Shown: positions 37,301-48,400 of the stretch, piece after piece
How positions within the stretch are numbered: the stretch's first letter is position 1
Layout: each line of letters opens with the position of its first letter
Assembly: GCA_002633005.1 (NCBI GenBank)
Contig: NMRA01000219.1
Location: forward strand, 353,251 to 417,250
DNA: 64,000 nt
Direction: 5' to 3'
DNA from: Phoronis australis
Taxonomy: Eukaryota > Animalia > Phoronida
Notes under the pieces: model-generated
Database searches by the model: none
What the model was told of the DNA's origin: nothing
What the model saw: only the letters and a program-made list of their open reading frames with translations
Made by a program: the position numbers and the translations under genes

Positions 37301-38829
37301 TTTTGAATTGAAGATGTTAGTATCATTGTCTTCAATTTACAAGGATTTGCTCCGAGGTTACTCATTCACTGCCTTCGGCAAGTTACTCTGCCACTGCTAA
37401 ATGTGCTGATCTAGCGAGTGGGATACTTCCTCATTCTTGAACCAGTTAATCCTCAATTTCATGGATCAAACAGTTTAACGGCATTGGCAAGAAGACATTT
37501 TTATCAAATCCTTACCGAAAGTCAGGTTTTTACGTTTTTTCACATTTTTGAAGAAATTTCAGCCGACTGCTTACCTGTCAAATTGCAACTGATACAGTAG
37601 CTTCTAAACTATCCGTCGTCAAGAATTAGTTCACCCGAATTCAAAATGATTCTGATTCAGGATACAAGTTTGAAATGTCAGTCTTGAGACAAGGTTTGTA
37701 AAGGGTATGAACAAGGAGTGTACTCCTTGGTATGAATTTCTAGCAAAGCCTATCATTGACTGGTAATTGTATTTTTCACCTAAAAATCTTGAATACTCTA
37801 CATGGCGAATACTACAAAGCCGTGCGTGTGCACTTTTCCCTGAAAGTTTCTTAACAAACCACTAATCAATAAAGTTAGAGTATTCTTAGTGGTGATTACA
37901 CTCCGTGTTGTATGTATTTTCGTGATCATTGATTTGACACTGGGAAATGCAGCAATGAAAAAAAATTGACATTGAAACAGTCAATGAAGCTTTAAAACTG
38001 AGAAGCAAAAGAAAACATTACGAGGCAAAATATCCTAAGTGTTTCAGTATCTCTTGACTACGGTAGTTGCAGAAGAAATGAAGTCTTTGCTCAGTTACGG
38101 TGTAAATTATTCAGTATTCCACAGTTTTAACTAAAACTTTCCTCAGCTAACTCTGTGAGTAGAACAATTCAGTGAAGAGTTTCTGATTGTGCAGCTATTT
38201 TTTATCTCAGTCTTCCAGGTGAGAAATATTTTGTCTCGGATCACGCAATAAAAGAAGAAATTATTATTGTAGAATACCAGTTAATCCTTTCTTAAATCAC
38301 AAGTGTCTTCTGCAGAGAAGCTCAAGGGAGCTGTACGCAGCACACTTGAACTCTAAGGCGAGTTTCAACACTCATTCCCAGCAGAATAACTGATGATAAT
38401 TAGTTAGAGTGTTTTCAAATTCGGTGTTCCAGCCTGAAAAGCTTAGCTCAACTTAGTTGACTTGCGCCCATACCCGGGCGTGGTCCAGAGGTACTATGGT
38501 AGTCTACAGTCAAAATAAGGATCTGAGAGAAATCAGTAGCATCAGTCTTGTTTCAAGTCCAAACTTGTCAACCTGAGATTGACTACAATTTAGGGTGGTG
38601 TGGAGCAGGCTTAGGACTGAAGTTTTTGGTTCAAATGACTTATTTTTGAGCCAATTTCAGTAGGATTTGTCAGTTTGTTTTAGTCAAATATTGCCAGCCT
38701 TACGATGGTCTGCTTGCTAAACTTGACTTTGTTTAGACCGGTTGTTTGTTTCTTGTTCTACAGGAGGCTGACAGGGAGGTGTCGTCCAGCAACGATGAGG
38801 ATGAAATGACTCTAAAGATGTTGGCTTGA
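25329..38829 (+). CDS. TNF receptor superfamily-like protein (BCMA/TACI/Grindelwald-type), two CRDs, mucin stalk, TM, acidic tail; about 252 aa (268 aa from upstream ATG 25281)
   Basis: Exons: 25329-25331 (ACCATG|GTAACA, tentative), 26120-26252, 26482-26540, 27358-27490, 27720-27980, 32397-32500, 38764-38829. Phases consistent (0,1,0,1,1,0). Six-Cys pattern CxxxxxxDxxxxxCxxCxxxC...C....C resembles the BCMA/TACI CRD; Thr/Pro stalk; hydrophobic VLAAVIALTVVVAVVIFVALIM followed by RKRCKRR. Confidence 0.75.
26120..26252 (+). CDS. TNFR-like CRD exon, copy 1
   Basis: tttcag|ATIVCGPFQHIDEAFKRCINCSILCAEDARPGQKLICTKDSHCQ|gtaaag; 133 nt. Confidence 0.75.
26482..26540 (+). CDS. Chimeric linker exon created by the duplication
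   Basis: ttttacag|DYLASITTTTARTPLVSPPA|gtaagt; phase 1 to 0, in frame with CRD copy 2. Confidence 0.65.
27358..27490 (+). CDS. TNFR-like CRD exon, copy 2
   Basis: ATIVCGPFQHIDEAFKRCINCSILCAEDARPGQKLICLKDNRCQ; same splice sites as copy 1. Confidence 0.82.
27720..27980 (+). CDS. TNFR-like stalk plus transmembrane exon
   Basis: Thr/Ser/Pro stalk, 22-aa hydrophobic helix, basic stop-transfer; G|GTAAGG donor. Confidence 0.88.
28080..31797 (+). mobile_element. Long Helentron-type repeat with many diverged internal units, in the TNFR-like intron
   Basis: (CA)n start; recurring GATTTCAATGAAA, CCxxTAGTGGCCATTTTG, GGAAGAGCGTTTC; 3' end CCCTAGAAGCATACC resembles 6818-6876. Confidence 0.7.
29640..30165 (-). 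mobile_element. 5'-truncated non-LTR retrotransposon fragment with C-terminal RNase H, nested in the repeat
   Basis: Minus frame VYIPGHCGISFNVKAD* matches the RNase H motif (W)xPGHxGxxxNExAD; frame continues to a stop at 29746. Confidence 0.65.
32397..32500 (+). CDS. TNFR-like cytoplasmic exon
   Basis: tttttccttcag|GEGVKLSTEETVGPDEQANEDSGIDSHASSMLVPQ|gtatga. Confidence 0.75.
33942..34138 (+). repeat. 47-bp minisatellite, 4.2 near-perfect copies
   Basis: GTACTTTGTGTTACGGTAGGGTCAAATATTCTCAGTGGAAGAAATTT at 33942, 33989, 34036, 34083. Confidence 0.97.
38764..38829 (+). CDS. TNFR-like terminal coding exon
   Basis: Pyrimidine tract plus CAG; EADREVSSSNDEDEMTLKMLA*; followed by long AT-rich, repeat-poor sequence. 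Confidence 0.6.
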   Translation, partial: EADREVSSSNDEDEMTLKMLA

Positions 38830-41800
38830 ACTAATTGCCTTTTGTGTAAGTCGTTTTACAGAATTTTTACTTTTGCATTTTGGGGATGTACTGAGACTGA
38901 TGACGAAATCTTTAATTTTGTGATGGCAATTTTTCTAGGGAAAATTTCTACTGCTGAAAATTGCTTTTTGTTCAAGCTGTGCAATACTTATACATTAAGA
39001 TTCAGTGTAGTGCTTTAATGCAGGTGCTGACCTGAAGTTACATTACAAATTACAGTTGGGATCAAATGTTGCTCCATGATGACTTAGTACAAGTAGTGCA
39101 ATTCGTCATGGCAACTGGACCAATGGCTGGTCATGATTAGTTACAACTATGATTGTCCATCATCTGCCATGATCAGGATTAAGACTGGATTTTATCCCAC
39201 TATTTTCCATGCATGTTGTTAAATAGTGTTCTTTTAATCCTGACAAAACATGCCATTTGTACTGTAATTATTTTTTTGCAGAATTCAGCTTATGCTGTTT
39301 CTTTGGTGATGGAATTTCTACAGTCTGTGGTTGTGTTTTCTGAACACCTCATCATCTCGAAATCATATCTTATTGTTTCATAGCATTCTCTCTAAATGTT
39401 TAGTTACTTATTAAAACGTCATCAAGGTTTTGCTTGACCTTTGCCCAATTGAATTCCAAATGTTTACAATCCAAGCAATAAGACCTGCTTGGCTATTAAG
39501 ATGTACACTCAAACATTGCCATTTTAAGAGTTCTTTTCACGTACAAATTATTTTTGTTATCAAAAATTCATTTTTAGATATTTTCTACATTGCTGAAGTG
39601 AAAATAAAATTGTTTTAGAAAATAATTGTGTAGGGCGTAAGACCAAATTTCTAAATGACAGGCTGTGATATAACACCAGTATTGTGTTCTTTAGCAGTAA
39701 GCCTTTCAGAGGTATCTTATCTAAAGATTTCATACGGTTTAACCGACAATCCTCAAGTGATACATTCAAAGCAGTGTTATTAATTTTAAATTTTATTTTA
39801 AATTGATGATATTCTAATTCGTTGATTTGACAATTTTTAAATTCTAATATCAATTTTAAAGTTGTGGAATGGTTTAAATTCAGGTGTGATCAAACTGGTC
39901 ACACCTTATTCCCTCATTTCTGAGGGTTCATTACGGCGTTTTCCCGTTGATCCCAAATTGTTCAATTCTATAGCTCAACAACATGTTGGGAAGATGACCC
40001 CTGTAGCCAATATCTTACACGACTGATTAACACCTTTCTGGCATTTATAGTTGGAGGGCCAGCACTCTGTTGTTCGATAATTGCTCTAATCTCCAGATCG
40101 CATCTACCCTGACTGGGCTGTGCTGTTAAAAATATAAAAGTTATGTTATAACATATTTGAACATAAACCAAAGGCATTTTTGAATTTCTCGTAAAATGCT
40201 TATCATGTTTAGTTTTTGAATCGCCAAAATTGCCCAACTACAACCGAAGTTACGACAATCTGTTCTTTCTGAACGTACCAAATTCATTCTGGGTTTGACT
40301 GTGTGCACACGTGGTCTGTAATAAGCCTGGTAGATAATTGGCCTGCCTGTTGTCATAACAAACAACAGACTGTGCTTGACTGTGCAGAAGCTAGATGTTT
40401 TCACATGCCCACAACCCTCTAAGTCTGGTAAAGTCACTGAACGGGAGAACGCCGTAATGTTTAAATGGCCTGTTAAGAGGTAATATTTAACTTTCTTTGG
40501 GAAAAGGGACACCGGGCAACCCTTGTGATAATAGATTCAAGAGTTCCTGGTGTCTCATTTTGCCAAATCATAAATTTGGCGGTGGTCATTTGCAGAAAGT
40601 CCGATTGAAAACAGTGAAATTTCAGAAGACAGAATTTAGGATCAGTGCCGTCTTTCCAGTATGTAAGACTTATTGCCTACAATGTTGCTGCAGAATTAAT
40701 TGTTGTTCATGAGGACTCTCTGCAATTGAAGGAGTTTTTCTCTTTTCTCTTTTCACCACCCCTTCCTCGTAGACTGCTACAAGGGAGAAAAAAATAGAGA
40801 TCATGCAATTTAGATGTGAATATGTCAAGTTCTTTCTGTCTGATCAATATCTTAATTTAAAATGCAAAATTCAAATAGTGTCGGTGTTCCTTTACCATTT
40901 TGAAGGCTTAGTGCATAATTTATTGAAATATACATCTATTGTATATATATATTTGTATTACTTATAATTTTGGCTATTTTTATATTGAATTTGTAATTTT
41001 CTATTTTTTGACATTACTTAGACAAGAATGTTTGTTGTATATTGCATCCATGACGACAATTGAGGTCACAAGGGCTTTAGCCTGTTGATGTTGAACAGCC
41101 TCTTCAGCTATTGGTTCATTTGTGAACTATTGGTGGGGCTGCACACTGTTGCATATGGATAGTAATTAAAAAGATACCAGTTGTCTTACTGGTCCCTGAC
41201 AACTTATTCTTTAAGAATTATGTTCAAGAGCATATTCTTCAACAGTTCTAGTTGGGGATTTGTAGCTGGCTTGGAATTTCCTCTTTTTTTGGTTTTGAGT
41301 TCCTCTTATTTGATTTCCAGTTTCTTCTTTTTTAATCTCTGTTTATCATTATTTTGACTTTAGTTAGGCAAAAACATTTATTTTACTTAAATTTTACTAC
41401 ACAAAAAACGTCTATAACACAATCCTATTTATTTGTGGAATGATACATCACCTGGAAAATTATCCTCTTTTTGTCATTGTTCATTCCAAGCTCTGGTGAA
41501 TACACTGCTCAACTTACATACCCATTTGTGTTCACATACAAGTTTTTGCGAGTCTATTCAAGTATCTGAAAATTCAGATAAAATCTTGTATGGATGAGCA
41601 AATATCAGTGTCATATTGTATCAATAATTAAGTTAAGGTATACAGCCTTATTTGTTACTCACTGTTCTAAGCCTCTAAAATTGTGTTGGAACACTGAACC
41701 TTGTCAAATAGGATTAAATCACTTATCATTATGAAATTGGTCTCAAATTGTTTTTTACTTAAATTTGAGGTGATTTCAGGGCTCCAAAAGTACTAATAGT

Positions 41801-43135
41801 AAGTTATTAATTGGGATCAGGTTCATACCAGTTGGCTTATCATCACGTGGTATTTTATGCAGTTACCATAGTCTAAAGGAATTACCAACTGTTCAATTTC
41901 TTTGCAAACCCAGAAATCAATTCCTGCGTGAGTAAGGAGCAATTTGAGACCAATTTTTATAGTGTTAAGTGGTCTTGTTCTTCTTCGACAGTATGCAGGT
42001 TTATATCCGCTTCAAATAATTCAGAATTTTGAGCTTGCACAAAGTTCTTGACACCTTTTTGTTTGTACCTGAAAATTCTGGCGGTCATCAACTACGAAAA
42101 GCCTTGCATGAAAATTGTTCAAGCTCGGAATTCTTCATTATTTATTTCTTGCTACTTAAATTAGAATCATTTACTCATCTGTACATATGTTTTAGATCAG
42201 ACTTAAAGCACTTGACCGGAGATGAATTATTTTATTGCTAAACTGAACGTTAACTTGAATATGTGAAATATGTTTCTGCAATCTGCCCAAAACCTCTTTT
42301 TGTTTGAGTGCTGAAGGCTGATTAAAAAAAACTGTGGTCTTAGCACTGGTACCTTTCATTGTGCTGCATTTTCTTTAAATAGTTTTGCGCACTAAAGTTC
42401 ATGTATATTTTTTACTTTTTAATAACATAAAATGACAGCAATAATTTTGATTCATCTCCATACCTTTGTACTAATTGTAAATATAAGTGTACTTTTGAAA
42501 CGCAGGGGGCAATGATGCAGAACCAGAAGATTTTATTTGGCTGTTTACTGGTTTTATAGATTGGACATTAAAAGCATTTTTTGTTTTGCACAGAATTTTT
42601 AATAAATAAAATACTGGAGAAGTGCATGTATTTTCCCTGGAAGCCAAGCTTGAATCTACATTTTAGACTGTGCAAAAAAAGTTTTCGATTAGATTAAAAT
42701 GTGTTTTGCCTATTACAAATTCTGCATCCATGCTTTCTGTGTTTTATGGTAAAATGTCACCAGTTTAGAACACAGTGTGTTGGACAAGTGAAATTTATGT
42801 TTTTACAAAAGGTATGTATCATGAAATAAATAGATAATCATATTACTATTGTGCTATACCCTAGCTACTGCCAGACAATGTTTAGACAAACTGTGGACAT
42901 TCACAACATTGTTTGAAGCCTTTAAAAAAGGGAAAAAGTTAATTTTGGAAATTATTTTTGTTCGTAATTGGTGAAATTTTACCGTGTGTTTGGTTGTGGA
43001 TATTTAAAAGTCAACCACATATGCTTCAAGGTTGTCTTTTATTGAAGTGTGTCTGTACTAGATAATCATGTATCTCTTTGTGCCATAATGAATGAATGTG
43101 TGTGTTATATAACCAATAAACAAATTATATATCGT
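38830..43135 (+). other. Probable long 3' UTR of the TNFR-like gene
   Basis: U-rich, CpG-poor, lacks the repeat families seen elsewhere; AATAAA near 42601, 42824 and 43115. Confidence 0.4.
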
Positions 43136-43802
43136 TTTCATTAATTGAGACACTTATTGGGAAATGAATTGAATGCAAATCTGTATTTGATATTGCCATT
43201 CAATATTTCCATGTAGATGGGTATTTGAAAAAACCCGAGGTTGAGTCCAATGAACATGTCCCCCCTGTAGCAAGATACATTTTTGGTTATTTTAAACCAA
43301 GAAAATGTTGGAAAATTTCAAAATTATTTAAAAGACACGTGAGTGATCGCGGAAATTTTGCCATAGAACCCACGTTTTTTAGTTGATGAGAACCTCCGCA
43401 GTCAAAAAAAGACTAAACTTATTAAAGTCAGCCATTCCCAATAATGATATACTCGTATAGCTGAGTTATTGACGAAATGGTGTGTATCATTTGTACTTGG
43501 GGTCTGCCTGTGAATAGGTTGAAGACATCTATCGATATCATTGTTAATGGACACTTTTCTCTTGAATAAAAAGAAAAATGAAAAGAAAAGTGACAAAATA
43601 ACTGTACCTAAACTACATCAAATTGTGATGTGGTTCACTAATAGATTTTTCCTGCAGGCGGCGAGTCTAGTACATCCTCGAAATATACGGATATGTTACG
43701 TACCAGTTCTTAAAAAAACACGAACATTAAATGCTAGACTTAACTTGGAATGTGATGAACCCAGCCAGTTGCTCGTGTTCATTCAAGTGATTGAATACTG
43801 AA

Positions 43803-44104
43803 TCACGGGTGGACATAGACGTAGGGACGGACACACGGGTGGGCATATAGACATAGGGACGGACACACGGGTGGGCATATAGACAGGAACGGACACACGG
43901 GTGGGCATATAGACATAGGGACGGACACACGGGTGGGCATATAGACATAGGGACGGACACACGGGTGGGCATAGACGTAGGGACGGACACACGGGTGGGC
44001 ATAGACGTAGGGACGGACACACGGGTGGGAATAGACGTAGGGACGGACACACGGGTGGGCATAGACGTATGGACGGACACACGGGTGGGCATAGACGTAG
44101 GGAT
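43803..44104 (+). repeat. 30/32-bp minisatellite, about 10 copies
   Basis: GGACGGACACACGGGTGGGCATAGACGTAG units, some with an extra TA. Confidence 0.97.
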
Positions 44105-45300
44105 GGAGTCATTCACTCAGCATAACAAAAACGGTAAGGTCGTGAATAAAACTTCTTTTGCTGAAAGCTGCGAGAGGGAGAAGTTAGGAGCATACGATAT
44201 CTCGACTCAATTCGTATGAAAAATCCCCGGGCGGGCGATGATCCAGTAACGGAACATCCCCACCAACTTGCGTTTTGATCCGCCATAAAATAAAGCATGC
44301 TAAACAATGTGGATGGAAGCAGTTACCTGTGAGTGAAATGTGATTCAGCACGATGGGCTGGTGATTTAACTCGTAAGTACCCGGCTGGATTTTTAGGAAC
44401 TTTGCGAGACCAATATGTACTCGATCTGCTTATTTTCTTTTTTGCTCAGACAGCTCACGGAAACATTTGGAATTATTTTTAAGGAAAATGCACCGGGCTC
44501 GATCGGTAAGTGCACCAACCGACCTCAAAGTTTGGGATTGAAATCTTCTTGCATGTACAAACCGTAAAATTGAAATTTGAAGTGACTAGCTCAAGTTAAT
44601 TTTTGCATTAAGAGCTCTGTGAAATTTGTATGAATTGAATGTCTAAGAAAAGTACTTGTGCACCTGTTGTTTAATAGGCCTACTTGTGCATTGAAGTGAA
44701 AAGTAAAATCTTTAAACTGTAGGAGATGCTAGATTTTGAAAATTTGATAAACCTTTGCACCAATTGACCCTCTCAGGTGCATCATGTCACAGCCATAATA
44801 GTAAAACATTATAAATTAAACAAATATTATAGATATGCTGACAATCAGAGTCGCGTAACTGTTAATGCAGTAGAATAGAAGTTGAATGATAAAGCCGAAA
44901 CTTCAGAATTCAAATGCACCAAATATATCAAGGAGCCTGAAAATTTATGTTGGAAACAATAAGAACAAGGTAATAACCATAGAACAACAGTACTCTACGA
45001 TAGCCTAGGCACTGAATAATTAAATCGATGCCTTCTTCATGAGTTCGTGTTAGTTCGGCGAATGCAAGACTACAAGACCTCAAACAAAACGAGTTACAAT
45101 ACTCTTCCGGCTCATTCCCACACATAACGTATACGACAAACGTACAGAACAAGACATTCGCTGTGATGCCCCCACACACATGAATTCCGTGTGCCGACGA
45201 AAGGCTACGTTTCCATACGGGGGCCGCTGTGACCAGATAACATCAGCTATGATCGAGCAATGTCTGCGGCAGATATTCAATAGCAACTGCACTCATTGTC

Positions 45301-45436
45301 CTACTCTTGGTCCCCCAAAACCGAAGCATAGTTTGCATAGTTTGTTTCTTCGTCCTCTCGTTGAAACTTCTTCAGTCCATCTTTAAACGAATCCCAAGCG
45401 AAAATGTATCTGACACTCAACCAGATCAATTGCGAA
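45301..45436 (-). CDS. GGCX: GGCX-like terminal coding exon 15
   Basis: Strong acceptor CTTCTCTTGCAG; SQLIWLSVRYIFAWDSFKDGLKKFQREDEETNYANYASVLGDQE*. Confidence 0.8.
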
Positions 45437-48400
45437 CTGCAAGAGAAGTGTATATGCTACTTAAGCCTTACAGTCGTTTGAAACAGTACACCAAGTTTGT
45501 TACATCATTCACCGTGGCGTTTAGGTACATGTACCACGCGGTTTCAAGGATAAGATGTGTTGCAACTCATTTGGAAACAACGAAGAGATGCGTTTCTGGA
45601 GCTCCCAAGATTGGTTCATTTTTATTGAATGTGGGGAATTTTAGCTAAAAGGGACCCTTTCGGAGAAATACATGTCTTGAAATTTTTATTCATCTGGTGT
45701 GTTCTTAACTGAGGCATACGGAGGGTATGAAAAGTTCTCAGTATCCCACAATGATTGAATTTACCATTCCATTGGACACGAGCGTAAACGAGACGTTAAC
45801 GTGTCACGTCTCTTTATTATTTTGAGTGAATAATCGTAATGATTGTGTGAGCTTTTTAACTATAACAATATACAGTGTTTGACCCAAAGGCGCTATTTGT
45901 TGCTAATTGCAAGACTACTACCAACCTGCGTTTTGCACATACACAAAATCTTCTGGAAATATGTGTAACTGAATTCCAAAGCTTGAGCGATATGGGAACC
46001 TCCTGCTCTTCCTCTTCTTTCTTTTTTTCTATCAAAGCCTGTTTGTAACGGAATTCGTCCGGATCGTTGTCAGACAGGTCCTCTAAGAACAACGCAGTAA
46101 CGTAACATAAAGTTGTAGAAAATTATAAGTATTGACCTTATTTGACAATTGATGAATGACTTCTTTTGAGAAAAAGATGAAATTCTTTGGTGAAATTGTC
46201 AATTATCAAACACTGAGACAAGACTCGGCATTCACACACAGGTATTTTCGTGCGCTAACACCACGCCGTAAGAATGGCGACCTTGGGTCGTGCACGCAGT
46301 CTCGTTTTTTTAGTGGTAGCTGCTCCTACAACTTTTCCTGAGTTGCTTAAGAATTGTTCAATAGCATCTGAATTCCAGAGGACAGCATGGAGAGACATTC
46401 TCACCGTATGTTTTGTTTTGTGACTTCAGTTTTCTCTCAGTCTCCCTAAGCTTCTTGACAAAATCCACATGCATCTGATTTCCAAAGACGTACATATAAC
46501 ACGACGGAGTCTTGGACGTAGTGTGAGCTGTGTGCTTCCCACTTGGTAACTGAAATCAAAATTGAAACGGTGAATTCACGGCGTCCCTATGAAAGATCAC
46601 GTTGGGGAAGATGGCGAGACAGACTCAATTCTCCCTTACCCGCGATAACGAAATAGCATTGTACAGATCAAGATGTGGCCTTTTCCTCAACTCTGACAAG
46701 TTCAGGCACAACTTTAGTAATGTATCTCCAAACTGTAAATGTGGTGACCACCAATCTTATCCTCATATTTTCTTCAAATGTCCCCTCATCGAATCCCTGA
46801 GAGACTCACTCTTTCGTGCACTCAATGATAACCAATCAGTTGTTAACGCTCTCAATTCTTGTAATAATATCCCTACTAGAGTTACATTATTACTGAATGG
46901 TAGTCCTAACCTTGACTTTGTTCTTAACGAATTCCTCCTAAGCAACGTTAGCAAATTTTTATATACCGTTTATCAATATTGTTGCATCTGATTTCCCTAC
47001 ATGAATCTGTAAATATTTTTGTTTTTATATATCTGTAATAGCATGTCTAAGTATTGGAATACTTATTTTAGATACTACTAATTGTATATATCTCTATGTA
47101 TATAAGTTTCATTTATGAATTGTTTACAACCCAGATATAATGCTTCGCGGTTTCTGGGTTTGTTATTATTTCTTTGTATGTTCTGTGTATCCTTCAATAA
47201 ATATATATCACAGTGAAGAGAGAGGTGATGAAGGCAGTGACGATGATAATGACGATGACAGGTGATGATGGCGGTATAGTACGTTACGTAATGATGATGG
47301 CCGTGCTACATTATGATAGAGTTGGTAAAGGCGACGACAGGAATGGCGCTTGGGCAATGACGATGGTGTTGATAGCGAACAAGACAGATAACGATACGAT
47401 GGTCAGAGGATGTATAAGTTAAAGGTAACATACCTGCAATGTCTCACCCACACGGAGCCTTAATTTTGTCCTGTTCTCTAACTCCACCACAATCCGACCA
47501 TGCAACACTGTAACGCTGGCGTTACCAAACTCCGGGGGGAGATAGTGATCTTTCAGCGACAACCCTGCACCAAGACAGTTTCTATCTCATTAACCTAACT
47601 TCATAGATTTCAGCAAAATTGCAAGTCCTCTCCAAAGAGACCCATGGGGTCATTTCCGGTACGAGGGTACTCGATTTGACGGCGGGTGATTTGAATACCC
47701 ACACCTTTAAAGAGTGGAAGTGAAAAAGAAACCCACTTTCAGGAAGCTAATACGAAAGACATCCGTTTCTAAGGTTTTCTTGATGACTGAACTCCTTGGC
47801 AACCATATAGATTGAACCCAATCCTTTCGTACGCATCTTTGGACAGCTAAAATGTTAATCAGTTAAGCCTGAAACAATAGAAAAGATGCCATGTTGCACA
47901 TCTTATGCAAAGAAAGTTAAAAAATATAGGTAACATCAAAAAAAGACCTGCTTACGGAATTTACCCCTGTAAATAAGTGGTGGTTGCGGAATCAACCCCG
48001 GCCCTATAAATGAGTTCCCTTGTTCGAGTCCCCACTTTAAATGGGTGGTTATACTAATTTTGAAGGTGAACTCCGTCAAAGTATAATCGAGCACCTCTGG
48101 AAGTTAGTACGATAAACACGTGACTACACTGACGTAAAGTAAACCCAACAGTAATAACATGTGATAAGTGAAAATATAACTTGACAAAATGCGTCCACAA
48201 ACTATAAAGATTCCTTTTCGGTTACCACCTGGAAAGTCCGCCACAACGAACGGCACGTGGTCGTATTTGGTTGTTGTTCTCACTTTGCTTTTCACATCGG
48301 CCAGCTTACTGCGCCAGTCCGTAATTTCTGTTAGTAACGGCAACACCCACGGGGTGTTCTTAAAGGGGTGCCACTCTGCTTTAGTAATGTCCACTCTGGG

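Noticed and set aside
43727-44219. Repetitive ORFs (PTRVSVPTSM, CPPVCPSLRL) as structural or toxin proteins
   Set aside because: They are translations of a minisatellite whose 32-bp units shift frame; no splice or signal support.
46602-46991. 129-aa ORF as a nested host gene
   Set aside because: It matches a LINE ORF2 C-terminus with its 3' UTR stem-loop and poly(A) signal.
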